Positions 1-8,981 of a DNA stretch of 64,000 bases are shown one piece after another. Each line of letters opens with the position of its first letter. The first letter of the stretch is position 1. The notes beneath the pieces were generated by a model that had not been told where the DNA came from, searched no databases, and was given only the letters and a program-made list of their open reading frames with translations. The position numbers and the translations under genes were made by a program. The stretch is from positions 2,077 to 66,076 of the forward strand of contig DAIRDJ010000004.1 in the NCBI GenBank assembly GCA_036796215.1, given 5' to 3'. The DNA comes from Geminicoccaceae bacterium (GTDB taxonomy: Bacteria > Pseudomonadota > Alphaproteobacteria > Geminicoccales > Geminicoccaceae).

Positions 1-1074
1 CCGCCAGTCGATGAACTCCTGCGCGATCGGGTCCTCGAGCGTGATCTGGTGGTTGGCAAGCGAGAAGAAGCCCGGCAGCGCGTTCGAATAGAGGTTGGCG
101 AACTCGGCCGACCCGACCCACTCGATGAAGGTCATGGCCGCGTCCTGGTTCGCGCTCGCGGCGTTGATGCCCAAGCCGATATCGACATGGTCGCTGATGA
201 AGCAGGGGTCACCGGCATTGGCGACCGGCGGCTTGAACGCGCCCATCTCGAAGAAGCTGTCGCGCTGGAAGGGCGAGATCTCCCACGACCCGGTCGGGTA
301 GATCGCAGCCCGGCCCAGCGTGAAGAGGTTCTGGCTGTCCGGATAGGACTGCGCCTCGAAGCCCGACGGCAGATACTCGGCCCAGCGCGCGATCGTCCGA
401 AACGGCGCCACATAGGGCTCGTCGGTGAGCTTGGCCTCGCCCGCGATCAGCGCCAGCCGGCCTTCTTCGCCCTGCCAGTAGTTCGGCCCGATATTGGTGT
501 AGCCCATGGTCGCGGCTTCCCACTGATCGGCCGTCCCCATCGCCATCGGCTCGTAAGAACCGTCCGCCTTGATCGCGTCGAGCACGGCGAAGAACTCCTC
601 CTCCGTCTCCGGCACCTCGAGCCCGAGTTCGGCGAAGGCGTCCTTGTTGTACATGAAGCCATGAATGACGGACGCCATCGGCATGCAGAACGTCGCACTG
701 CCGTCATCCGTGCTCCAGGCGGCCGTCGCGGTCTCCGGGAAATCGCCCAGCTGCTCGAGGGCGGTGAGGTCCACCAGATGCCCACGATTGAAGAGCTGAA
801 ACGACGCATCGAACGGCCGGCAGGTGATCAGATCACCGGCGGTCCCGCCGTCGAGCTTGGCGTTCAAGGCCGCATTGTACTCGGCCGGTGCCGTCGGCTG
901 GAACCGCACGGCGATCTCCGGATGCTCGGCGTTGAACGCCGGAATAATCACGTCCTGCCAGATCGTGATGTCGTCGTTGCGCCAGCTCTCGATGACGAGC
1001 TCCTGGGCTGCCAATGGCGATGCCACGGCGATGCCGGCGGCAAGCGCGATAATTGCGGTCGACGTCTTCCTCAT
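1..1074 (-). CDS. Sugar ABC transporter substrate-binding protein (family-1 solute-binding protein), C-terminus beyond window edge
   Basis: Absent from the ORF track because it is open at the window edge. My reverse translation from ATG 1074..1072 (GAGGAGG upstream) reads MRKTSTAIIALAAGIAVASPLAAQELVIESWRNDDITIWQDV..., a signal peptide plus SBP-like sequence. The + ORF 49..1077 is its Arg/Gly-rich antisense shadow. Confidence 0.75.
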   Translation of the reverse strand, partial: MRKTSTAIIALAAGIAVASPLAAQELVIESWRNDDITIWQDVIIPAFNAEHPEIAVRFQPTAPAEYNAALNAKLDGGTAGDLITCRPFDASFQLFNRGHLVDLTALEQLGDFPETATAAWSTDDGSATFCMPMASVIHGFMYNKDAFAELGLEVPETEEEFFAVLDAIKADGSYEPMAMGTADQWEAATMGYTNIGPNYWQGEEGRLALIAGEAKLTDEPYVAPFRTIARWAEYLPSGFEAQSYPDSQNLFTLGRAAIYPTGSWEISPFQRDSFFEMGAFKPPVANAGDPCFISDHVDIGLGINAASANQDAAMTFIEWVGSAEFANLYSNALPGFFSLANHQITLEDPIAQEFIDWR

Positions 1075-1086
1075 TGAGGTGCCTCC

Positions 1087-1989
1087 TCAGGTTTCAGAGA
1101 TGGGATCGGGTTCGATTTCACGGGCGAGACGGAGATTGCCCTCGGCTTGCGCGAGGCAGGCCCGCGCTTCGTCCGGCGACAGGCCGTCCACCAGAAGGAC
1201 CGCCGTCTTGACATCGTGCCCGGCCGCCGCGTGGGCCGACCTGGCGGCCTCGTCGGAGCAGCCGGTGATGGTCTGGACCATCCGCCGGCCGCGCTCGACG
1301 AGTTTGGCGTTCGACGCCACGACATTGACCATCAGTCCGTCATAGACCCGGCCGAGTGCCGTCATGGTCTGCGTCGAGAAAAGGTTGAGCGCGATCTTCT
1401 GTGCCGTGCCCGCCGTCATCCGGGTCGAGCCGGCCAGAAACTCGGGCCCGCTGTCGAGCAGGATGCCATGCGCCGCCTCGGCCAGGAGCGGTGCGCCCGG
1501 ATTGTTGGCCATGCCGATGGTCAAGGCCCCGCGGCCCCGCGCCTCGACGATGGCGGCCCGCGTGAACGCCGTCGTCCCGGAAGCCGCCAGCCCGACCACC
1601 ACGTCGCCAGCCCCGATGCGGTGCTCGACGATCAGCCCGCGCCCGGCCTCGCCGTCGTCCTCCGCACCCTCGCGCGACTGGACCAGCGCCGCCTCGCCAC
1701 CGGCGATCAGATAGAGCAGCCGCTCGTGCGGCCAGCCGAAGGTCGGCCAGAGCTCGACCCCGTCCTGCACCGCGAGCCGCCCCGAGGCGCCCGCCCCGAC
1801 ATAGACCAGCCGGCCGGCACCAGCCCGCAACCGCGCCGCCGCGGCCTCGACCGCTTCCGCCAACGCCGGCAAGGCCTGCCGCACGGCCACGAGTGCCCCC
1901 AGCTGGTTCTCGAGCATGGCGCCCAGCGCCTCCCCGGTCGGCCAGCGATCGGCACTCCTGTAGCGCTCCAAACGTCGTTCCGTGTCCAT
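1087..1989 (-). CDS. murQ: N-acetylmuramic acid 6-phosphate etherase
   Basis: ORF 1087..2061. SIS motif GRLVYVGAGASGRLAVQDGVELWPTFGW and overall MurQ-like sequence. Start moved to MDTERR (ATG 1989), which has GGAGG 5 nt upstream. Confidence 0.85.
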   Translation of the reverse strand: MDTERRLERYRSADRWPTGEALGAMLENQLGALVAVRQALPALAEAVEAAAARLRAGAGRLVYVGAGASGRLAVQDGVELWPTFGWPHERLLYLIAGGEAALVQSREGAEDDGEAGRGLIVEHRIGAGDVVVGLAASGTTAFTRAAIVEARGRGALTIGMANNPGAPLLAEAAHGILLDSGPEFLAGSTRMTAGTAQKIALNLFSTQTMTALGRVYDGLMVNVVASNAKLVERGRRMVQTITGCSDEAARSAHAAAGHDVKTAVLLVDGLSPDEARACLAQAEGNLRLAREIEPDPISET

Positions 1990-2014
1990 CCCTGCCTCCG
2001 TTGCTGGCCCGAAA

Positions 2015-2153
2015 ATACCAAAAAGGAACCACTTGGCAAGTGGTTTTTTCGCGGACGGCATGCAGTGGTCCGAACCGGGCCGAAATAGCGTAAAATCAAC
2101 GATTTAATGTGGTCTTAAATTGGTCCTTGCCTAACGTGGTACCTTTTTGGTAT
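2015..2153. promoter_or_regulatory. Divergent murQ / kinase control region: 18-nt inverted-repeat pair, 19-nt palindrome and eight TGGT/ACCA cores
   Basis: ATACCAAAAAGGAACCAC (2015-2032) matches its reverse complement GTGGTACCTTTTTGGTAT (2136-2153) at 17/18 positions. Perfect palindrome AACCACTTG-G-CAAGTGGTT at 2027-2045. AT-rich intergenic region between divergent starts. Confidence 0.5.
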
Positions 2154-3069
2154 GAAAAAACCCATGAGCACGATTACCCACATCCTCGCCGTCGACGGCG
2201 GCGGCACCAAGACCCGGGCAGCCCTCCTGGCCACCGACGGCACCCCCCTCGGCGAAGCGGTCGGCGGCCCCTGCAACCTCTTCCAGGACCCGGCTGCCGG
2301 CCTCGCCGAGATCCGCCGCCTCTGGCACGACCTCGCCACCAGAGCCGGCCTCGACCCGAAAGCCGCAGCCGCCCGCACCGCGCTCAGCGCCGGCCTCGCC
2401 GGCGCCAACGCCCCCGGCAGCCTCGCCCGCTTCCAGGCAGCCTTCGCCGACTTCGGCGCCACCCACCTCTCGACCGACGGCTACACCACGCTGCTCGGCG
2501 CCACCGACGGCCAGCCCGGCGGCCTCCTGGCCATCGGCACCGGCGTCGTCGGCTACCGGCTCCACTCGGGCGGCGAGGTGCAGAAGCTCTCGGGCTGGGG
2601 CTTTCCCATCGGCGACCGCGGCAGCGGCGCCTGGCTCGGCTGGCGCGCCATCGGCGACTGGCTGGAATTCAAGGACGGCTACACGGACCAGCCGCCGAGC
2701 ACCCTCTGGCCCCAGCTCGAAGCCACCCTCGGCACCACCACCGCCAGCATCCTCGGCTGGCTCAAGCCCGCCCGCCCCGCCGATTTCGCAGCCTTGGCGC
2801 CAGTCGTGATCGAGGCTGCGGGCGCGGGCGACGCCAAAGCCAGAGTGCTGCTCGACGAGGCCGGGGACCACCACCGCCGCCTGGCCGAGGCCATGGCCCC
2901 CACCACCAGTGAGCCACTCGTTCTCGCCGGCGGTCTAGCCCCGGTCTTCCGCACATGCCTGGACAAAGCGCTCGGCGCCGCGCTCGCCGACGCCAGCCGC
3001 ACCGCCTCGCCACTTGACGGCGCCATCCTCATCGCCCAGGGCCGAAACCCCGCCGAATTCACCGACTGA
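2152..3069 (+). CDS. BadF/BadG/BcrA/BcrD-type ATPase, N-acetylglucosamine kinase-like
   Basis: ORF 2152..3069. N-terminal ILAVDGGGTKTR phosphate-binding motif, GDRGSGAWLG motif, and amino-sugar gene context. Confidence 0.75.
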   Translation: MKKPMSTITHILAVDGGGTKTRAALLATDGTPLGEAVGGPCNLFQDPAAGLAEIRRLWHDLATRAGLDPKAAAARTALSAGLAGANAPGSLARFQAAFADFGATHLSTDGYTTLLGATDGQPGGLLAIGTGVVGYRLHSGGEVQKLSGWGFPIGDRGSGAWLGWRAIGDWLEFKDGYTDQPPSTLWPQLEATLGTTTASILGWLKPARPADFAALAPVVIEAAGAGDAKARVLLDEAGDHHRRLAEAMAPTTSEPLVLAGGLAPVFRTCLDKALGAALADASRTASPLDGAILIAQGRNPAEFTD

Positions 3070-3091
3070 CGAAAGAAGCGTCCCGAAAGCC

Positions 3092-4120
3092 ATGCCCATG
3101 TCGCAAATGCTGAAAGAGGTCAGCGAAACCCCGGCCCGCGTCGCCGCCATGCTGGCCGAGGACCAGGAAGCCTACGCCGCCCTGACCGCCGACCTGCAGG
3201 CCCGCCCGCCCGTCTTTGCCGCCACCATCGCACGCGGCAGCTCCGATCACGCCGCCAGCTATGGCGCCTGGCTCCTGGGCCTCGCCGCCGGCCTCGCCAC
3301 AGCTTCGCTGCCACCGTCGTTGGTGAGCCGGTATGCCGCCCGCCCCCGGCTGGGGCAGGCCCTCGTTCTCGCCCTCTCGCAATCGGGGGCCAGTCCCGAC
3401 CTCGTCACGAGTCTCGAGGCCGCCAGTGCCAGCGGTGCCACCACCGTCGCCATCGTCAACCAGCCGGCCTCGCCGCTCGGCGCAGCCGCCCGCCATGTGC
3501 TGGTGCAGAATGCCGGCGAAGAGAAAAGCGTCGCCGCCACCAAGAGCTTCATCCTCACCTGCACCGTCCTCGCCCGCCTGCTCGCCAGCTGGCGCCAGGA
3601 CCAGACACTGAGTGACGCCATCCATCGCTTGCCCGACAGGCTCGAGCAGGCGATCGCCACCGAGTGGGGTGCCACGGTCGACCTGTTGCAGGATGCCACC
3701 AGCCTCTACGTCCTGGGCAGAGGGCCAACCCACGCGATCGCCGGCGAGGCGGCTCTAAAGCTCAAGGAAACCTGCTACCTCCACGCCGAGGCGTTCAGCG
3801 CTGCCGAGGTGCAGCACGGGCCCAAGGCCGTCATCGATCGGGATTTCCCGCTCCTGGCGCTGGCCACGGCGGATGCGGGTGGCGCCGATACCACCGCCTT
3901 TGCCGCCGAGCGGGCGGCCATGGGCGGCACGGTCGTCACCGTGAGCCCCGCTGACACGGCCCCCGGCCTGCAGGTCCGCCTGCCGACGCCGCTGCACCCG
4001 CTGCTCGACCCAATCGTCACCATCGCCGCCTTCTACCCCATGGCCGAGGCCCTTGCCCGCGCCCGCGGTCACGACCCCGACCATCCGCGTGGCTTGAAGA
4101 AGGTGACGACGACGATCTGA
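3092..4120 (+). CDS. SIS-domain sugar-phosphate isomerase/deaminase (AgaS / NagB-II-like)
   Basis: ORF 3014..4120. Start moved to MPMSQM (ATG 3092), just after the upstream stop. Two SIS-like halves (ARGSSDHAASYG..., LGRGPTHAIAGEAALKLKE...). Confidence 0.7.
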   Translation: MPMSQMLKEVSETPARVAAMLAEDQEAYAALTADLQARPPVFAATIARGSSDHAASYGAWLLGLAAGLATASLPPSLVSRYAARPRLGQALVLALSQSGASPDLVTSLEAASASGATTVAIVNQPASPLGAAARHVLVQNAGEEKSVAATKSFILTCTVLARLLASWRQDQTLSDAIHRLPDRLEQAIATEWGATVDLLQDATSLYVLGRGPTHAIAGEAALKLKETCYLHAEAFSAAEVQHGPKAVIDRDFPLLALATADAGGADTTAFAAERAAMGGTVVTVSPADTAPGLQVRLPTPLHPLLDPIVTIAAFYPMAEALARARGHDPDHPRGLKKVTTTI

Positions 4121-4156
4121 GCGAGACGGTGCGCCGGGCTCGCTGAACGGGGCGAT

Positions 4157-4231
4157 TGGTGCGGGCGGAAGGGGTCGAACCTCCGACACCGGCGGTGTAA
4201 ACGCCGTGCTCTCCCGCTGAGCTACGCCCGC
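4157..4231 (-). tRNA. tRNA-Val (anticodon UAC)
   Basis: The reverse complement GCGGGCGTAGCTCAGCGGGAGAGCACGGCGTTTACACCGCCGGTGTCGGAGGTTCGACCCCTTCCGCCCGCACCA folds as a 75-nt cloverleaf: 7-bp acceptor stem, anticodon stem CGGCG/CGCCG, loop TTTACAC, TTCGA T-loop, encoded CCA. Confidence 0.95.
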
Positions 4232-4286
4232 AGCCAGCCGAACCATAGAAAGGCCGGCCGGCCGGAGCAAGCGGCTCGAGAAGCGC

Positions 4287-4739
4287 TCAGAACGTGAACC
4301 AGCGCACCCCGTCAGCAGCCAGCATGCCAGCCACGGCCGGCGGCGCTGCGACGGTGACGCCCTCGACGAGATCGGCCTCGCCATGCTCGCTGTTGGGCAG
4401 GAAGATGGCGCAAACCTCGACCGGCACGCCGCGCTGCATCAGGCCCATCAACATGTCCTTGGGGCTGACGTCGCGGGGGGCGAGCTTGGGTGGGTCATAG
4501 GCGGCGAGCCCGAGTTGCCCCGCCGCATCGCAAAGCAGAATGCGGGCGGATTGGCCCTGCTCGACCATCTGCGTGGTGAGCACGAGCGCCATGCCCTGGG
4601 TCTGATTGTCTGGCGAGGTGAGGATAACGTAGACATCCGGTGCATCTTGGGCGGCAGCGCTGCTCGCCGCTCCGAAACCGGCACCCAGACCGAGAGCAGC
4701 GGCGACGGCAGCCGCCGCAAGGCTACGCAAGATCGACAT
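4287..4739 (-). CDS. Secreted DsrE/DsrF-like family protein (tentative)
   Basis: ORF 4287..4739. Ala-rich signal peptide ending AAAQ, then VYVILTS...GMALVLTTQMVEQG...ILLCDAAG...VEVCAIF, a pattern reminiscent of the DsrE fold. Confidence 0.45.
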   Translation of the reverse strand: MSILRSLAAAAVAAALGLGAGFGAASSAAAQDAPDVYVILTSPDNQTQGMALVLTTQMVEQGQSARILLCDAAGQLGLAAYDPPKLAPRDVSPKDMLMGLMQRGVPVEVCAIFLPNSEHGEADLVEGVTVAAPPAVAGMLAADGVRWFTF

Positions 4740-4993
4740 GGCAATCTCCTTTCGTCCATTCGCACGAAAATGACGTCGGCAAACCTAGCATGATCGCGGC
4801 AAGGGAGATGTCCGAGAGCCGGCGCGGATTGCCGCAGCGGCAGTGTGAAGCCGTCCTCTACAGCACCGAGATCCCTAGAATGTCGGTCAACGCACTTCGA
4901 CCACAGGTGTAGATTTGTCTTGGCAGGGTCGTGCTGGCGATGGCATGAGGCCGATTACCGGCAGCGGCCCATTGCCCGCGGAGAGACGAAAAG

Positions 4994-5464
4994 ATGCACG
5001 ACGCCAGCCGCAGGCGTGCCGCCGATCACGAGCTGCCCGATTACGCGTTGATCGCGCGAGTACTTGCCGCGGCGCGCTGCGAGCTCGTAGCGGAGCGCTG
5101 GCACAAGGGGGCATGCTCGGTCGATGCCGACGGCCGCGAGACAGAGCCGCATGACTGCGCGTCGGTCGCTTGGTGTGTGCAGGGTGTGGTGCTGCGTCAC
5201 TTGCTCGAGGGAACAAATCTCACGATCCGGGCCGCGACCCATCTGCTGCATCGAACGGCAAGCCGGCTCTCCGCCGGCCGCTATGATACGCTGTTCGCCT
5301 TCAACGACGCACCGTGCACGACAGTCGCCGATATCCACCGGCTGCTCGATGCCGCCGCGACCGAGGCCGCGCGGCTCGCGGCCCTGCCGACGGACGGGTC
5401 GGCAGCGAGGGAGATGCCGGCACAATTGACACTGATCAAGGCCGGCGCTGGCAGGAAGGCGTAG
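4994..5464 (+). CDS. Hypothetical protein
   Basis: ORF 4994..5464 with non-shadow composition and no called gene on the opposite strand. No family recognised with confidence. Confidence 0.4.
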   Translation: MHDASRRRAADHELPDYALIARVLAAARCELVAERWHKGACSVDADGRETEPHDCASVAWCVQGVVLRHLLEGTNLTIRAATHLLHRTASRLSAGRYDTLFAFNDAPCTTVADIHRLLDAAATEAARLAALPTDGSAAREMPAQLTLIKAGAGRKA

Positions 5465-5517
5465 ACTGGCTTTTTTCCAGGGCGTTCATTCGCCAAGCAT
5501 CAGGGGAGAAGCAAACC

Positions 5518-5952
5518 ATGACCACGGGCTTGCCTGTCTTCGACGCGACCGTCCAGGAAACCAATCTTTGGCTGAAATCGGTGATGCAGGGCATGCATAC
5601 CGAGGACCGCCAGCGTGCGTACCTGGCGTTGCGCGCGACCTTGCACGCGCTCCGCGATCGCATCGGCCCCGAGCCCGCCGTCCACCTTGCAGCGCAACTG
5701 CCGATGCTGGTGCGCGGCCTTTATTTCGAAGGCTGGCGGCTGGCCGCGAGCCAGAGCCGCGAGCGCCATCAGGCAGCCTTTCTGGACCATGTACGCGACG
5801 AGCTGCCCAAGGATGCCGGGATCGACGTCAACCTCGCCGTCCGGGCCGTTTTCGCGACCCTCGAAGAGAAGCTCGACCCCGGCGAGGTCGCGAAGGTGAC
5901 GCGCGTGCTGCCGGTGGAGCTCGAAGCCCTCTGGCCGCGCCCCCGCCGCTGA
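5518..5952 (+). CDS. DUF2267-like protein
   Basis: ORF 5314..5952 trimmed to MTTGLPVFD (ATG 5518, AGGGGAG upstream). FDATVQETNLWLKSV...LRATLHALRDRI...AAQLPMLVRGLYFEGW resembles the DUF2267 repeat. Confidence 0.6.
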   Translation: MTTGLPVFDATVQETNLWLKSVMQGMHTEDRQRAYLALRATLHALRDRIGPEPAVHLAAQLPMLVRGLYFEGWRLAASQSRERHQAAFLDHVRDELPKDAGIDVNLAVRAVFATLEEKLDPGEVAKVTRVLPVELEALWPRPRR

Positions 5953-5968
5953 GCCGGCGAAGCCGCAC

Positions 5969-7084
5969 GTGGCCAGCCTGGAGACCCGGACGATCGCGCT
6001 GGCAGGCGACGTGATGCTCGGCCGTGGGATCGATCAGGTCATGCCCCGACCGAGTGATCCCGCCCTTTTTGAGCCGTACGTCACCTCGGCGCAAACCTAT
6101 GTCGAGCTCGCCGAGCGCGCCAACGGGCCAGTACCGCGGGCTGTGGATCCAAGCTATGTCTGGGGCGATGCGCTAGCGGCATTGGTCGACCCGAGGCTCT
6201 AGGCGCGGGTGATCAATCTCGAGACGGCGATCACCAGGAGCCTCGATCCCGCAGCCAAGTCGATCAACTACAAGATGCACCCAGCGAATATCGGTTGCTT
6301 GACGGTGGCGCGGATCGACGTTTGCGCACTCACCAACAACCACGTCATGGACTGGGGGCAGAGAGGCCTGATCGAGACCCTCGATACACTGGATGCGGCG
6401 GGCCTGCGGCACACCGGCGCCGGCCGTGACGCCGAGGCCGCCGCCGCCCCGGTTGTCATCGAAGGGGTGGCGAGCCGGCGGCTCCTGGTCTTTGCCATGG
6501 GCCTCACGTCCAGCGGCATTCCACCCGACTGGGCGGCCGGCCCCGGGCACCCGGGCGTCGCGCTGTTGCCCGATCTCTCGTCGGCCACGGTCGACGCGGT
6601 CGCGGCCAGAATCGAGCGGCACGCACATCCGGATGATCGGGTCGTCGCCTCGATCCACTGGGGCGGCAATTGGGGCTTCGCCGTCCCCGACGAGCAACGC
6701 CGCTTCGCCCGAGCACTCATCGACCAGACCCGGGTCGATCTCGTCCACGGCCACTCCGCGCATCACGCCAAGCCGTTCGACGTCTATCGGGAGCGCCTCG
6801 TCCTCTACGGCTGCGGCGACTTCATCAACGATTACGAGGGCATCGTCGGCACGCCCGCGGGCTTGCGCGACGACCTCGCGGTGCTTTGGCTCGCCGAGCT
6901 CGAGGTCGAGACGGGCCGCCTTGCCGGGCTCGAGCTTGCGGTCTTCCAGCGCTGTCGATTTCGGCTGCAGAAGGCCGCCGCCGCCGATTGCGACTGGCTC
7001 AGACACACTCTCAACCGCGAAGGCCACCCCTTCGGCGCTCGTCTCACCGCCACGGCAAACGGCCGGCTCCGCCTCGTGTCCTGA
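5969..7084 (+). pseudogene. CapA-family (poly-gamma-glutamate capsule synthesis / metallophosphatase-like) gene interrupted by one in-frame TAG
   Basis: ORFs 5969..6202 and 6209..7084 share a frame and are separated only by TAG 6200-6202 (...ALVDPRL*ARVINLETAIT...). The joined 371 codons read like a full-length CapA (IALAGDVMLGRG, NLE, NNHVMDWG, HWGGNWG, GHSAHH). Confidence 0.7.
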
Positions 7085-7152
7085 TCCGGTGTGGGCGTAT
7101 CGTTGCCCCTGACCGGGCGCCGCCGTGCGGCGATCCTCAGAGGCGGCCGCCT

Positions 7153-7995
7153 TCAGCGCGTTGTCCCCTGACGCCGCCGGACGAGGCCTAGCCGGGCCCG
7201 GGCCCGTACGGGGTCGGGCGGCAGGACGGCCGACAGCAAAGCGCGGGTATAGGGATGGCGCGGTCCTGCCAAGACCTCGGCCGTGCGGCCGACTTCGACG
7301 ATGGCACCTGCCTGCATCACCGCGATCCGATCGGCGAGATGCGCCACCACGGTGAGGTCGTGGCTGATCAGCAGATAGGCGAGGCCATGCAGCCGCCTGA
7401 GGTCCGCCATGAGGTTGAGGACCTGTGCCTGGACCGAGACGTCGAGGGCGGAGACCGGCTCGTCGGCGACGAGCAGCTTGGGGCGGGTGATCAGCGCCCT
7501 GGCGATCGCGATCCGCTGTCGCTGGCCGCCCGAGAACTCGTGCGGGTAGCGGCCCATGGTCTCGGGCCCGAGCCCGACCTCGGCGAGCGCGTCGCGTACC
7601 CGCGTGGCGGCTTCAGCGGCCGGCAGGGGCAACAGGGCCAGGGGCTCGGCCACGATCCGTGCCACCGTGAGCCTGGGGTCGAGCGAGCCGAACGGATCCT
7701 GAAAGACCATCTGGGCATCCCGCCGGAGCCGCCGCCAGTCCGCCCGGCCGGCCGTTGCGAGATCGATCCCGTCGAGCCTGACCATGCCCGCATCGGCGCG
7801 CTCGAGCCCGACCGCGAGCCGCCCGAGCGTCGACTTGCCCGAGCCGGATTCGCCGACGAGGCCGAGCACCTCGCCGGCTTCCAGCGTCAGCGAGACAGTG
7901 TCGAGGGCGACTCGCTTCGGCGCTCGCTCGAACAGCCGCTGGCGGGGCAGTCGATAATGCCGGCTCACATTCTGCAACTCGAGAAGTGGCGCCAT
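7153..7995 (-). CDS. Peptide/nickel (PepT-type) ABC transporter ATP-binding protein, DppF/OppF-like
   Basis: Real part of ORF 7153..8736 from MAPLLELQNV. Walker A GESGSGKST, signature FSGGQRQR, Walker B LLVADEP. ATGA overlap with the upstream gene. Confidence 0.85.
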   Translation of the reverse strand: MAPLLELQNVSRHYRLPRQRLFERAPKRVALDTVSLTLEAGEVLGLVGESGSGKSTLGRLAVGLERADAGMVRLDGIDLATAGRADWRRLRRDAQMVFQDPFGSLDPRLTVARIVAEPLALLPLPAAEAATRVRDALAEVGLGPETMGRYPHEFSGGQRQRIAIARALITRPKLLVADEPVSALDVSVQAQVLNLMADLRRLHGLAYLLISHDLTVVAHLADRIAVMQAGAIVEVGRTAEVLAGPRHPYTRALLSAVLPPDPVRARARLGLVRRRQGTTR

Positions 7996-8981
7996 CAACC
8001 GGACACCGGAGGTCTGGGACAAAAGCACGCCGTTCGGTGGTCCTGGCGGTCGAGGGCGACGAGCCGCGGCCGTTCGCTTCGGCAGCGGCTGTCGGCAAAG
8101 GCGCAGCGGTCGGCGAACGCGCAGGCCAGGCTCCGCTCGAGGGGGTCGGGCACGCGGCCCGGAATGGCGGTGAGGCTGGCGCCGCGGGCGGCGGGATCGA
8201 TCACCTCCTTCGGCAAGGCCTCGAAGAGGCCGCGCACGTAGGGGTGGGCGAGATGCGCAAAGACCGCGTCGGTCGGCCCGGTCTCGACGATCCGCCCGGC
8301 ATACATGACGTGGACGACCTCGGCGATCGCTGCCACCACGCCGAGATCGTGGGTGATCAGGAGCAGTGCCATGCCGGTCTCGTCGGCGATCTCGGCCACG
8401 AGCTTGAGGATCTCGGCCTGGACGGTGACATCCAGGGCGGTGGTGGGCTCGTCGGCGACGAGCAGCTTCGGCCGTCTGGCCAGGACCATGGCGATCATGA
8501 CCCGCTGCCGCTGGCCACCCGAGAGCTGATGCGGGTAGAGGTCGGGCGAGAAGCGGGCGGGATCGAGGCCGACCCGCTGCATGGCCTGCCGGGTGCGGGC
8601 CTCGGCGTCGGCCCGGCCGAGACCACGGGTTCGTCTGAGTCCCTCGGCGATCTGCCGGCCGATGGTGTGGACGGGATTCAAGGCGGTCATCGGCTCCTGG
8701 AAGATCATGCCGATCTCGGCGCCGCGCACCCGGCACATTGAGGGCTCGTCCAAGGCCAAGAGATCCCGCCCGGCGAAGGTGATCCGCCCAAGGGTTCGGG
8801 CGCGCTCGGGCAGGAGCCCCATGATGGCCAGGGCGGTCATCGACTTGCCGCAGCCGCTCTCGCCGACAATGCCCTGCCAGTCGCCGGGCTGCATTGTAAT
8901 GTCGATGCGGTCGAGAATGCGCGCCACGCCGTCGGCGGTCGGGATATCGACCGTCAGATCGTCGACCTCGAGCAGGCTCAT
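7995..8981 (-). CDS. Peptide/nickel (PepT-type) ABC transporter ATP-binding protein, DppD/OppD-like
   Basis: Real part of ORF 7995..9653 from MSLLEVDDLTV. GESGCGKSMT, LSGGQRQRV, LLVADEPTTALD and a C-terminal oligopeptide-type extension with Cys residues. Confidence 0.85.
   Translation of the reverse strand: MSLLEVDDLTVDIPTADGVARILDRIDITMQPGDWQGIVGESGCGKSMTALAIMGLLPERARTLGRITFAGRDLLALDEPSMCRVRGAEIGMIFQEPMTALNPVHTIGRQIAEGLRRTRGLGRADAEARTRQAMQRVGLDPARFSPDLYPHQLSGGQRQRVMIAMVLARRPKLLVADEPTTALDVTVQAEILKLVAEIADETGMALLLITHDLGVVAAIAEVVHVMYAGRIVETGPTDAVFAHLAHPYVRGLFEALPKEVIDPAARGASLTAIPGRVPDPLERSLACAFADRCAFADSRCRSERPRLVALDRQDHRTACFCPRPPVSG

Noticed and set aside
2027-2050. AACCACTTGGCAAGTGGTT followed by TTTTT read as a Rho-independent terminator
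   Set aside because: It sits between two divergent gene starts, where there is no upstream transcript to terminate. It is also part of a larger mirrored repeat, so an operator is the more economical interpretation.
4157-4231. tRNA-Val as an integration site for a genomic island
   Set aside because: No integrase flanks it, I saw no direct repeat of the tRNA 3' end downstream, and the glycan operon starts 7 kb away behind unrelated genes.
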